32,057 bases of DNA from Asterionella formosa (lineage: Eukaryota), in the NCBI GenBank assembly GCA_002256025.1, contig NKIB01000545.1, positions 1-32,057 on the forward strand, written 5' to 3'. The notes beneath the pieces were generated by a model. It did not search any database and had not been told where the DNA came from. It saw nothing but the letters and a program-made list of their open reading frames with translations. The position numbers and the translations under genes are program-made. Below, in pieces: positions 22,893 to 32,057 of this stretch. The first letter of the stretch is position 1. Every line of letters starts with the position of its first letter.

Positions 22893-23621
22893 CTACGCAA
22901 GGAAGTTCTCATCATGGCTGCGAAGCCCCTTTCCAGGAATGTATTGAGCTCCCTTCTTGCTCTTGGAGTGGGTTTCAAGAGAAGGAGGGCGCATACCAGC
23001 TAGAAGCTGATCATCGTGGCTGTGAAGTCCCTTTCCAGGAATGTATTGAGCTCCCTTCTTGCTCTTGGAGTGGAAGGTTTCAAGAGAAGGAGGGCGCATG
23101 CCAGCTAGAAGCTGATCATCGTGGCTGCGAAGTCCCTTTCCAGGAATATATTGAGCTCCCTTCTTGCTCTTGGAGTGGAAGGTTTCAAGAGAGGGAGGGC
23201 GCATACCAGCTAGAAGCTGATCATCGTGGCTGCGAAGCCCCTTTCCAGGAATGTATTGAGCTCCCTTCTTGCTCTTGGAATGGAAGGTTTCAAGAGAAGG
23301 AGGGCGCATGCCGGCAAGAAGTTCATCATCGTGACCGCGAAGCCCTTTGCCAGGGATAAATTGAGCGCCCTTCTTGCTCTTGGAATGGAAGGTTTCAAGA
23401 GATGGTGGACGCATACCCGCCAAAAGCGTCAATTTCTCCGAGTTTGTGCCAGCAGCAACAGCGGCCCCTCCCAGGAACACAAGTCCGATAGCACCTAGCA
23501 CATCACGACGGCTTTCGGCGGCAAGCTCTGTCTTTGTCGTTCTGCAAACCTGAACAGGTGCAAATGCGCTGGTAAAGTGTACAAAGGCAGAGATGACAGC
23601 GAAAGTAGTTAGTTTCACCAT
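22893..23621 (-). CDS. Tandem-repeat polyprotein (5 x 35 aa) with predicted plastid + Tat thylakoid-lumen presequence; 242 aa; function unknown
   Basis: ATG at 23621. MVKLTTFAVISAFVHFTSA|FAP is a signal peptide with an ASAFAP-type motif, followed by SRRDVLG, a hydrophobic stretch and AVA/AAG. Five units of GMRPPSLETFHSKSKKGAQYIPGKGLRSHDDQLLA follow. Differences between units are mostly synonymous. Confidence 0.9.
   Translation of the reverse strand: MVKLTTFAVISAFVHFTSAFAPVQVCRTTKTELAAESRRDVLGAIGLVFLGGAAVAAGTNSEKLTLLAGMRPPSLETFHSKSKKGAQFIPGKGLRGHDDELLAGMRPPSLETFHSKSKKGAQYIPGKGLRSHDDQLLAGMRPPSLETFHSKSKKGAQYIPGKGLRSHDDQLLAGMRPPSLETFHSKSKKGAQYIPGKGLHSHDDQLLAGMRPPSLETHSKSKKGAQYIPGKGLRSHDENFLA
22896..23417 (-). 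repeat. Coding tandem repeat, 105-bp unit x5 (last unit 102 bp)
   Basis: 522 bp = 4x105 + 102; the last unit lacks the Phe codon. Confidence 0.95.
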
Positions 23622-25609
23622 GGTCAAATGATTTCTGTAAGTAAGTTTTGACGACTTTGTTGCTGTCAAGGGTTTTGCTGGCGCTGTCAAGGAAGATCAG
23701 GACGAGAAAAGCGGAGAGATTGGAGGTTGAAGCTATGTATGTAGGGGTGTTTCGACCGGAATGCGATGATGATGGGCTTGATGCATGATCGCGATCATGT
23801 TAGTTAGCGTACCAGGTAGCTCTTCATGTACCAAGTACCTGGTACCGCCTGGTGTTATTATGGTTGAACAAATCCTTTCATTACTTTGTCTGTCTATTCT
23901 CAATCAGGTGTGGACTTTATCTGTGGCGGTGCGTGCTTATAACAGCAGGAGCAACTGTCGACTTTTGCTTGCCGCGTGCTTGCGTACATAAACCAGCCTC
24001 CAGCAGTATATTTATCATTTTCTTTTTCGTCCTGGTACCTGGTACCGGTACCAGGCACAACATACCAGGTACCTGGTACCAGTCAAAAACTGCTAAAGAC
24101 CACTATGGTATTACCCCGTTTTTGGACTAAAATTAGAAAAATGTTCAGCCGACCCCATTTAAAACCCTTTGAATAGACGTCAAGTAATGCATGCAAGTAC
24201 TAGATAAAAGAATCTTCTATAAATAGTTGAAGTTGAAGACAATCCCGTGATGCATCAAGAAAACAAGCGTGAATAGGAGTGTCAATCTTAACAAAAGATC
24301 GTCTTCCATTCTTGCTAAATGCAGTCCTGTGATACATCAAGAAAACAACAATTTCAAGCTTCAATTTGTACATGATAATTTTACACTAAGTGACAATGGC
24401 AGGGCATATGCATTTTATTGCAGCTAGCCACGCATGGGATGTGAAACAACGGTCAAACATAAGACCCATCGAGTGAACATTACTAACACTACTAACACTG
24501 TTCCTATTCCTCTGGCGTGGAAATTCCACGCAGAGCGAATTATCATACTGACACAGCTGTCACCATTCATGTTTTTCTTCCGTGCATGCTTTTTACAAGC
24601 AAATCCATGGGTTAACCCGATGATGATGTCTGGTTTGGGGTACTGTGCCAAGGGCCATACCTGCCGACTTTAATGAATCTGCCCAGGAAATTTTAGTGGT
24701 CGTGAACCCTCCTGTTGGTCAGCTAGTGGCATATGTGCCTAATAGAAACCAGCAGAATGAAAGTATGTGCGACAATAGCAACAATGCTATGATTTTAATA
24801 ATAATATAAATATATCTTTGAGCGACAGCGCATTGAATATGTCTTACATCAATCATTACCTGGATAACGTTTATTATTTGCAGGATAATTACAGGTTGGA
24901 TATTGCCGCTATTGTAACGCGGCATATTTCAAATTGCAAAGGTAAATTCAATATATCATTCCATTTGCACATCTCAAGGCCTGATTCCGGTCTCATTCTT
25001 TTTTGCCTAAGAATGCATAAGCTTCATTACCTTTCATTCCTATTTCATTAGAAACCTAAGTTTTGGTGGCTGTTTTGTATATACATGACATAAGATGAAT
25101 GTTATTTGATCGCGATGGGTCCTGATCTTTAACTTACGAATGGATTGTACTTGAGGACATTTCGTTGTCCATCGAACATTTATAATTTATATATACCATG
25201 CATAGAAGGTATGATCCCATCTTTTCTTCCTTTGCCAGTACTCTTTCATAAAACATGCATGATGCTCCAAAAAATTTAATCCGTCAGCTTGTATCCTGCA
25301 ACAGAAGTACGTGGTCTTAGTACATTTTGCGAGTTTGCTCATTTATCCAGCTGGTTAATTTATGATGGATTTTATATAAAATACCATGTCCGATGTGGTG
25401 GATATATCAGTGTTTTTCTGCATGCCATTGAATCCTAAAATGATACAGAACATTTACATAATGGGTTGTCATATTTTGATAAACCTATCAAAGATTATGT
25501 TAACACATGGAACATTAATTTAAAGCTGCTAACTATACAGATACGGAAAGCTGCGCGCTGTTATGGCTAAAATAAGTTTATTTATCCACAATTAATCAAG
25601 CACAATTCC

Positions 25610-27602
25610 AAATGAAATGGTCTGTTGAAGAAACTGACTCATTGGGATATCGATAAACTCCGACTGACCTCAAATTTTGTTCTTCAAAATTAAAAAGGGA
25701 TTGAAATGTAACTGGTCCATTTGTCTGGTTACCTATGCATACATCAACAAGCTTTTGAATCAATGAAAGCATTGTTAGTTGCAGATACATTCATGCGTTA
25801 TCCTGATCATAATTTTCCTTTCCATATTTTTACTGATGTTTCTGATTATCAATTAAGAAATTTTCAAAAAATTTCGTTTTATGTTATTGAATGCGGTTCT
25901 ACATGTTCACGCTGAACATCGTATTTTAATCTACAATACCCTACACAGACACTCAACGTGTTCTCCAGTGGAAGAGTACTGATAATGCTAACTATTACAG
26001 ATTCTAGCTCTCGCCTCCCGAGGCTTGAGCCTTTGGTGGGGGATGATGTTGGTCCGAAATCTTCAGCATCAACATCCACTTCTACTTTCTCAATTGAAAA
26101 AGTAGATGATGAACCTCTGTTTACCTGTTTCCTCAATCATCGAACCTTGGCAGACAATATTAAATATCCTCTGGATTATATTTGAATACATGGTAGACAA
26201 TTGCAAGATATACAAATGATTCTCAATCAACAAACACATCTCATTCTCAATCAACAAACACATCCGTTAAAATTTCCTCTACCAATTTTCATGATATGCA
26301 TTTAATATGTTTTGTGAGGAATTCAGGAGATACTTGGTGTATTGCTATTCCTTCATCACTATTGGATACTATTATTAATTGGTATCATCAGATGTTAGAT
26401 CATGTGTTTATGACAAGATTAAATGCTACAATTATACAAAAAATTTATTACCCTCCATTAAAAGCAAGACTGGAACATATTGCAAGCATATGTGAAGCAT
26501 GTCAAAACGTAAAAAATTACATGGTGCTGGTTTTTGCTGAACTTCCACCAAGGAATGCATTGTTATTACAATGGTAAGAAGTAACAGTGGATTTAATTGG
26601 TCCATGGAAGATAACAGTGGCTGCACAAACGATTGAATTACGTGCTCTAACTTGAGTTAACACAGTCACCATTTTACCAGAAATTTCACGTATCAATAAT
26701 AAGACATCAGAATATATTGCGATGAAATTTGAAAATGATTGGTTAGACAGATATCTCCGTCCAGAAAGTTGTATACATGACAATGGAGGTGAATTTACTG
26801 GTATTTCTTTCAGACACATGTTAGTGTTGAATGGAATTATCAATGGAACTATTACAGTCAAGAATCCACAAACAAATGCTATCTGTGAACTTTTACATCA
26901 ATCTATCAGTAGCAGTCTATGAGTTATGTTAAAGGCTCATCCTCCAATCAATGAATTTCAAGCTCAGAATATCGTGCATACATATTTTGCAGCTGCATCT
27001 CATCTGCAGCTCGAGCTACTATTTATAGTACATTGCGTGTTTCACCAGAAATATGGCTGAGTTTTCCAACATGATATGATATTAAATATTGCTTTGATTA
27101 CAGATATGAAATTAATATGGGGATATCAATGTAGAGAAGTGATAATTGACAAATGTCTACGTCGTGCTAATTTCCATCGTCGCTCTTGTGATTACAAAGT
27201 GGGTGACGAGATTTTAATCCTATTGGATAAGCCTTCGACCTTGGATGACTGTGGACGAGGTCCCTATTCTAATATTCAAGTATATGCAACTGGTATACCA
27301 GTAGTTACTTTCAACGAACCATGCACACTACAGAACGAATTAATATTCATTGCATCAAACCTTTTCAAAGGTAAAACGTTTTCCCTTGGTGTGGGAGAGT
27401 GACCGATCTTGCGCATCAATACAGATGTACAAAGGGTTAGTGTTATATCATGATATATATCAGAACTCAATACTGAGAGAACTCGACTAAACCTTATTGT
27501 ATACTTTGGTGTCGACTTAGAGAACGAGTTGCACACAAGGATTAACTAATAAGCTCATATATTCAAAAAATTCTACTACTTCTAGTAGTTAGATACTTTA
27601 CG
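25610..27602 (+). mobile_element. Degenerate, 5'-truncated Ty3/Gypsy LTR retrotransposon (RT end, RNase H, integrase, PPT, probable 3' LTR)
   Basis: RT end WSVEETDSLGY..TPT; RNase [10 protein letters not shown]...YPDHN.PFHIFTD.SDYQL; integrase WYHQMLDH...CEACQ, VDLIGPW, CIHDNGGEFTG and KNPQTNAICE. RT-RH-INT order. Many stops and frameshifts. PPT GGGAGAG precedes TG at 27400; the LTR end (~27602) is approximate. Confidence 0.92.
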
Positions 27603-27679
27603 AGGTACCACCACCCCATATTGCGCAGGCGTAATACCTACCAGGTACCTGGTTCCACACACATGGACATGATACCAGG

Positions 27680-28080
27680 TGTTAAATTGTCTAGTTGAAA
27701 TATCAGAGATCGTATTTTTAAGATCTCTAAAGCTGAAAACGTATTTTCACTTTACACTTTGTAATATTGTGAGCTTGCTGTTAATAGTCTGTCTAGTCTT
27801 GTTCTTGCCTGATTACTCATGTAATCCCGAACAACACTTCTCACACTTTCCTTGATCCCGTCAAAATGATCTTGCTTACTGTGACAATAAGTAAGCATAT
27901 TCATTTGACAATAAGTGAGCATCACTTATTCATTTGACAATAAGTGAGCATCTGATTCACTTGTCAATAAGTAAACATCTCCAGTCATTTGTCAATAAGT
28001 TTCGCATGTTTTGGGTCTTGGTTTCTAATCACTACTAAGAATATTGATTCTCGACTCATTGGATTCCATATCTTTTATCA
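27680..28080. mobile_element. Solo LTR (401 bp, TG...CA) with ACCAGG flanking duplication
   Basis: TGTTAAA...TTTATCA termini. ACCAGG at 27674-27679 and 28081-28086. Internal GACAATAAGTRAGCAT-type repeats (27880-28000). A second copy lies at the window start. Confidence 0.75.
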
Positions 28081-28342
28081 ACCAGGTACCTGGTACCACA
28101 CCACCCGCACCATGATATCTGATAATTGCACCATACTGCCTGCCTGCCTGCCTGTACTACGCATGCAGAGGAAGCTACTTACCGGACTACTCCGGAGTAC
28201 ATAGTAGGAGTAATGCATTCGGACTGTACGACAGCTGCAACCTGGCAAGTTGCGGTAAATGAGCAATTTAGCTTTGTTTTCCTTGTAGTAGAAACAGGCA
28301 GTCTCAACTCACTCTGGTAATAATTTTGGACAAAAGATACAG

Positions 28343-28413
28343 GGAAGGTCCGATAATCAAGAAATTTAGCATAATCTTTTCGTAAGATTAAAACGTGTTT
28401 TACCAGATCTTCC
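28343..28413. repeat. Small hairpin/MITE-like element, related to 10884-10951
   Basis: GGAAGGTCCGATAA...TTACCAGATCTTCC arms; loop similar to the 10884 copy. Confidence 0.6.
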
Positions 28414-28529
28414 AGGCTCTCCTACCCTGGTACCCTGTATGGTAGTAAATGGGTAAACAGTTGACGGTTGACGCTAAAAGGTAATGGTAGATGGTACAAG
28501 ATATTCTAGATGCATGATCAACGGTCCAT

Positions 28530-28968
28530 TGTCGATGGAAAGGCCAATATGTTTGTTTTTGGACAATGATTGCTCAACATTGGATGTTGCTGAAGGACAA
28601 TACATAGGTCTACTCTGCGTCAGAAGTTAACTTCTGGTGAGAAACTGCAGAAAGGAATTTCGGTTTTTTAAAATGCCAAATAATGTGATTTCCCCCGAAT
28701 TTTTCGGTCTTAATAGCATTAATAAAAACCGAAGTTCCTTTGTGCAGTTTCTCGCCGGCCAGATCCTATATCCTGACATTATATAGAGTTGACCTTTACC
28801 CATACTTTGACCAATGACTTTATCTAAGCACATGGAAAGGGTGACCAATGGTGAAAGCTCTGTTTTAGAAATAAACGTTTATATTTTGAAAAAAAGAAAT
28901 AATTAATTAGTCTGACTCAATATTATTTTTAAAGCCTAGTTCGAGCTAGGGGTTCAAATGCAGGCACC
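28530..28968. mobile_element. Isolated long terminal sequence of a Kolobok-like DNA transposon, ending CC|TTAA
   Basis: Diverged inverted copy of about 29290-29750. Terminal ...CTAGGGGTTCAAATGCAGGCACC is followed by TTAA (28969-28972). Internal palindrome at about 28638-28756. Confidence 0.65.
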
Positions 28969-29289
28969 TTAAACGCATAGTGGAACCTAGTGCTAGTAGT
29001 TAACTATTATCATGCACAAAGCTTGCGTCCTCTTTACCATTGCTGCTTGCTTTATCGTGTATTTTCCTTCTTCATACTAATGTACAATACAAGCTTAGTA
29101 CATATGAATAGCTATGTATCAGTCCCCATTCACCCAGCTGTTGAAAGTTCATGTAGTATTCCTTACCATCTGACAGGTATCCTCTTACTTATTAGGTCTT
29201 CCCTGTTGCAGGACTGTTATCTTTTGCTGCTAGCATTCATGCTAGTTTTCGCTATTGACCTTACTCTGTCAATTCTCACTGTTTCTTAA

Positions 29290-31200
29290 GGGTCCTGCAT
29301 TTGAACCCCTAGGAGCTCGAGGTAGGGTTTGAAAAAACATTGAGTCAGACTAATCAAACACGTACTTTTCACGTGTAAAACAGATATATAGTATAAAACT
29401 CTCAACGGGGCTTTCACCATTAGACAGCCTTTCGATATGCTTACACATAGCCCACTGACAAAGTAGGGTTGTAGATCCACTCTATACATCGTCAGGATAT
29501 AAATCTGGCGAGAAAGTGCAGAAAGGAACTTCGGTTTTTTACTATGCTAAAAAGACTAGAAAATTTGGGGAAAATCTGTTTATTTGGTATAGTTTAAGAA
29601 CCAAAGATCCTTTCTGCACTTTCTCGCCTGAAGATATATACTGATGCTATTTGAAAGCTACCCTATATAGACTATCTAAATCCCCTTCAGACCCAGACGA
29701 CGTTGAGCTATCGTCTTCCAAAAATTAGACAAAATCGGCCTTTACATATCGGGCGGAATCAGAATGACCATTAGTAGCCGAAATGTAATCATCAGAATAG
29801 TACTACTAGCTAGTTGTGTGCCGGAAGTTTTATTCCTAAAATCTCCTGTCCAACAAATTCCATTGTAAGTGCCTGCTTCCATATAGATAATATTATTGGT
29901 CAATGTGAGGAATGAGTTACTTATCTCCATTTGATTGGCCTGATCTGCATGCTGGCGTTGCAATACTACTATGTCGGCCACACATGATGCACATGTATAT
30001 TTTTGGGGTTGTTGTTTGCAAGTACTGTATCCGCTACTACTAACCTATGCATACCGTTATTACTACTACGATTCACCTTGCCTTGAAATAATGGACAGAG
30101 TTCATTACTTTTTCGCTGATGATCATTCCGGCCACAATGTTTGCATTGTCTGTCAGCGCCACACAAGCTCCGTTACAAGTCTTCGCTGATTTCTTGTCTT
30201 GATTTTCTTGCTGCATGTATTTTTTTGCTTCATTTTCTTTTCCTTTTGAAATGCGCTTTGTACAGAAGGATTCTTGCAGTTGTGAAAATACCATTCCACA
30301 TCGTCTGTAGACATTTTTCATGTACATTGTCACTCCTTGCCTTTCCGAAGCCACTATATTGTAGGCCAGCACCAGATCCTGCAAACACTTTTTTTTGAAA
30401 TTGTCTTGAGACTGCATTGTTCATTGCTTTGTTTATCTGTGTATCGAAAGGATGATACAATGATAGAAGCTTTTCGTCATCAACTTTCGCTGTAATATCA
30501 ACCATTAATTTAAAAAATGTCAATTAAACTTTATAGCACATTAAAGCTATCCAATAATTGCACTCGGGCCCACCAGATAAATGGACACAGCCAATTAGTA
30601 CCGGTTTTATTCGTCCATATGGTACAACGGGACCTGTCTTTTCGTCGGCCGCAAACCCCCGGAACCCTACGGACTACATGAAAGAGACAGGTGGAGAATG
30701 CAGGAATCGAACCCGCCACCCACAGTGGGTGTGCTAACCACTAAGCCAAGCCATTCCCCAGTATCAACCGCCCATTAATCAATCATACAATGAACTTTCT
30801 TTTTTCATGTCATAATATTTCCCAATATCAACCATTAATCAATCATACAATGAACTTTCTTTTTTCACGTCATGATATTTCCCATTTCTCACATTTTTCC
30901 TGCTTTTACAGGACACCATGTCTCAGAACAATAGTCATGGCAGCCAAACAAGTGGTTGATTGGTGCCTTCGAGGATTCGGTGACTTCGCTGAGAGATAGA
31001 TTACGATTTTTCTTGATCCAGACTCCATAATAAATCTTGAGTCGGAGGCTGCTTTTGAAGGTCACTGCAAAGAGACTGGGCCATTGGATTTCAGGGCGGA
31101 GAAGGATATGGACCCGATGTGATGGATCGGAAAGAATACGAAAGTTCTGGAACATGTAGTGGAAGGAGGCATCCTTTGTCGGCTTTTTTCCGGCCACTTA
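29290..31200 (-). mobile_element. Decayed Kolobok-like DNA transposon: TTAA|GG terminus plus transposase remnants (probably extends further right)
   Basis: TTAA (29286-29289) is followed by GGGTCCTGCATTTGAACCCCTAG. Minus-strand fragments: LSDPSHRV, LRLKIYYG.WIK.NR, KAPINHLFGCHDYCSETWC, LYHPFDTQIN.AMNNAVS and C-terminal CKHCG..DH.RKS..LCP. TTAA target and RR termini are Kolobok hallmarks. Confidence 0.65.
30510..30760 (-). mobile_element. tRNA-derived SINE inserted into the transposase remnant
   Basis: Minus-strand head 30759-30692: GGGGAAT/ATTCTCC acceptor-like stem, A-box TGGCTTAGTGG, B-box GGTTCGATTCC, aberrant anticodon arm. 16-bp TSD AATATCAACCATTAAT at 30494-30509 and 30824-30839. Removing the insert restores the frame GKYHDVKKESSLYD*LMVDITAKVDD. 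Confidence 0.75.
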
Positions 31201-31915
31201 TGTTATTGGTCATTCAAATGCAGGTTGTAGAGTTAATCAATCCTTATCTATACTAGTACCATTTGGAGACAGCTCAAATTGTAGAAGAATCATCATTACA
31301 GATGATTGTAGAGTAACTAGATAACATTGTATTTAGTTCCAGGGAATTTCGGCAACCCTAAGCAATATTTTAATTTTGCCTAGGGTTTTAAATTCAGGAA
31401 CCTTAAATACTATAAGCTTAAACTACAACCTATTTCTAATCCTTTTCATCACACTTTGAGAACTTGTTCTTCGTGTTCCCCTTTCGCTGATGTTAACCTT
31501 CTCCTAATTGATCTAAAACATCAATCTCGTTAGCAAGCTTCTTGAGAACAATGGGAACGCACCATTTGACTCGTTGGACTGTAGTCGAGTCCACAGTCCT
31601 TTTGAGTCGTCATGGCCATCGATGCTATGTAAGTGGGCGCGCTCTGATACTAAAACATTATTATATCATGTGTGTATTATAACACAAATTATTCTGGTGA
31701 TCTGCTACATAATATCGTCCTTGCGCTCTGATAATAGAGATATTTTAGATTTCTTCTCTGACATTATATATATTTTTAACTTTAATTTTCAACAGTTAAA
31801 TTTTCATATCGATGCATCCTCTTGTATGCTATGCCGCCTCTTGTTCATTATATGCATGAGTTCTATATATTCATCATCGTCGGTCACTGACCATGTCGAC
31901 TTTCATCTCATCTCC

Positions 31916-31948
<33 letters not shown>
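31916..31948. repeat. (GAT)n microsatellite
   Basis: About 11 TGA/GAT units seen directly. Confidence 0.9.
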
Positions 31949-32057
31949 CATTATGATCACATTGCTACTGTTAGCAATGTGCTATCCACCAGTAAATAGG
32001 ACACCATCGTTCAGGGAAAGTTTGACTGTTGATGAGGTCAGAAGAAGAAGTGGCAAA

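Noticed and set aside
22874..23498. Plus-strand repeat ORFs (ECIELPSCSWSGRFQEKEG...)
   Set aside because: Antisense shadows of the polyprotein. Inter-unit changes are synonymous on the minus strand and non-synonymous on the plus strand, and only the minus ORF has a targeting signal.
23622..23690. Upstream extension of the polyprotein ORF (and similar extensions at 16884 and 439)
   Set aside because: The 23690 and 16884 starts are non-ATG. The signal peptide begins at ATG 23621. The 439 ATG is possible but its extension looks non-conserved.
24424..25560. Short ORFs upstream of the Gypsy remnant as gag/protease or a 5' LTR
   Set aside because: No gag, protease or RT-core motif is seen, and there is no copy of the 27400 LTR sequence.
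30692..30759. Functional tRNA gene
   Set aside because: The D and anticodon arms are non-canonical, and it is part of a TSD-flanked insertion; treated as a SINE head.
31354..31387. Small hairpin AACCCTAAGCAA...TTGCCTAGGGTT in an AT-rich patch
   Set aside because: Single short instance; possibly a nested insertion, but unsupported.

Overview
This is eukaryotic nuclear DNA, very probably from a diatom. The inference rests on short GT-AG introns, bipartite plastid presequences with ASAF-type junctions, and decayed Gypsy and DNA-transposon remnants. Seven apparently intact genes are present: an IMP1/IMP2-like domain protein, an armadillo-like protein (1 intron), a PLC-like phosphodiesterase with a PT-repeat tail (2 introns), ALG3 mannosyltransferase, a tesmin/TSO1/LIN54 CXC protein, an M16 (insulinase) metallopeptidase, and a five-repeat polyprotein. 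Between and after them are PP2C and trypsin gene fragments, a compound GTN microsatellite, a degenerate Gypsy pol, two copies of one LTR, Kolobok-like termini and transposase, two tRNA-derived SINE-like elements and small hairpin elements. The most interesting observation is an adjacent, co-oriented gene pair at 18538-23621. One gene encodes five near-identical 35-aa units that each end in xLA, with the stop codon exactly at a unit boundary. The other encodes an HXXEH zinc peptidase. Both carry predicted signal peptide + plastid transit peptide + twin-arginine (Tat) thylakoid-lumen presequences. This is a candidate lumenal peptide-precursor/protease system; the functional link is inferred, not shown. 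All family assignments come from motif recognition by eye, without database searches.
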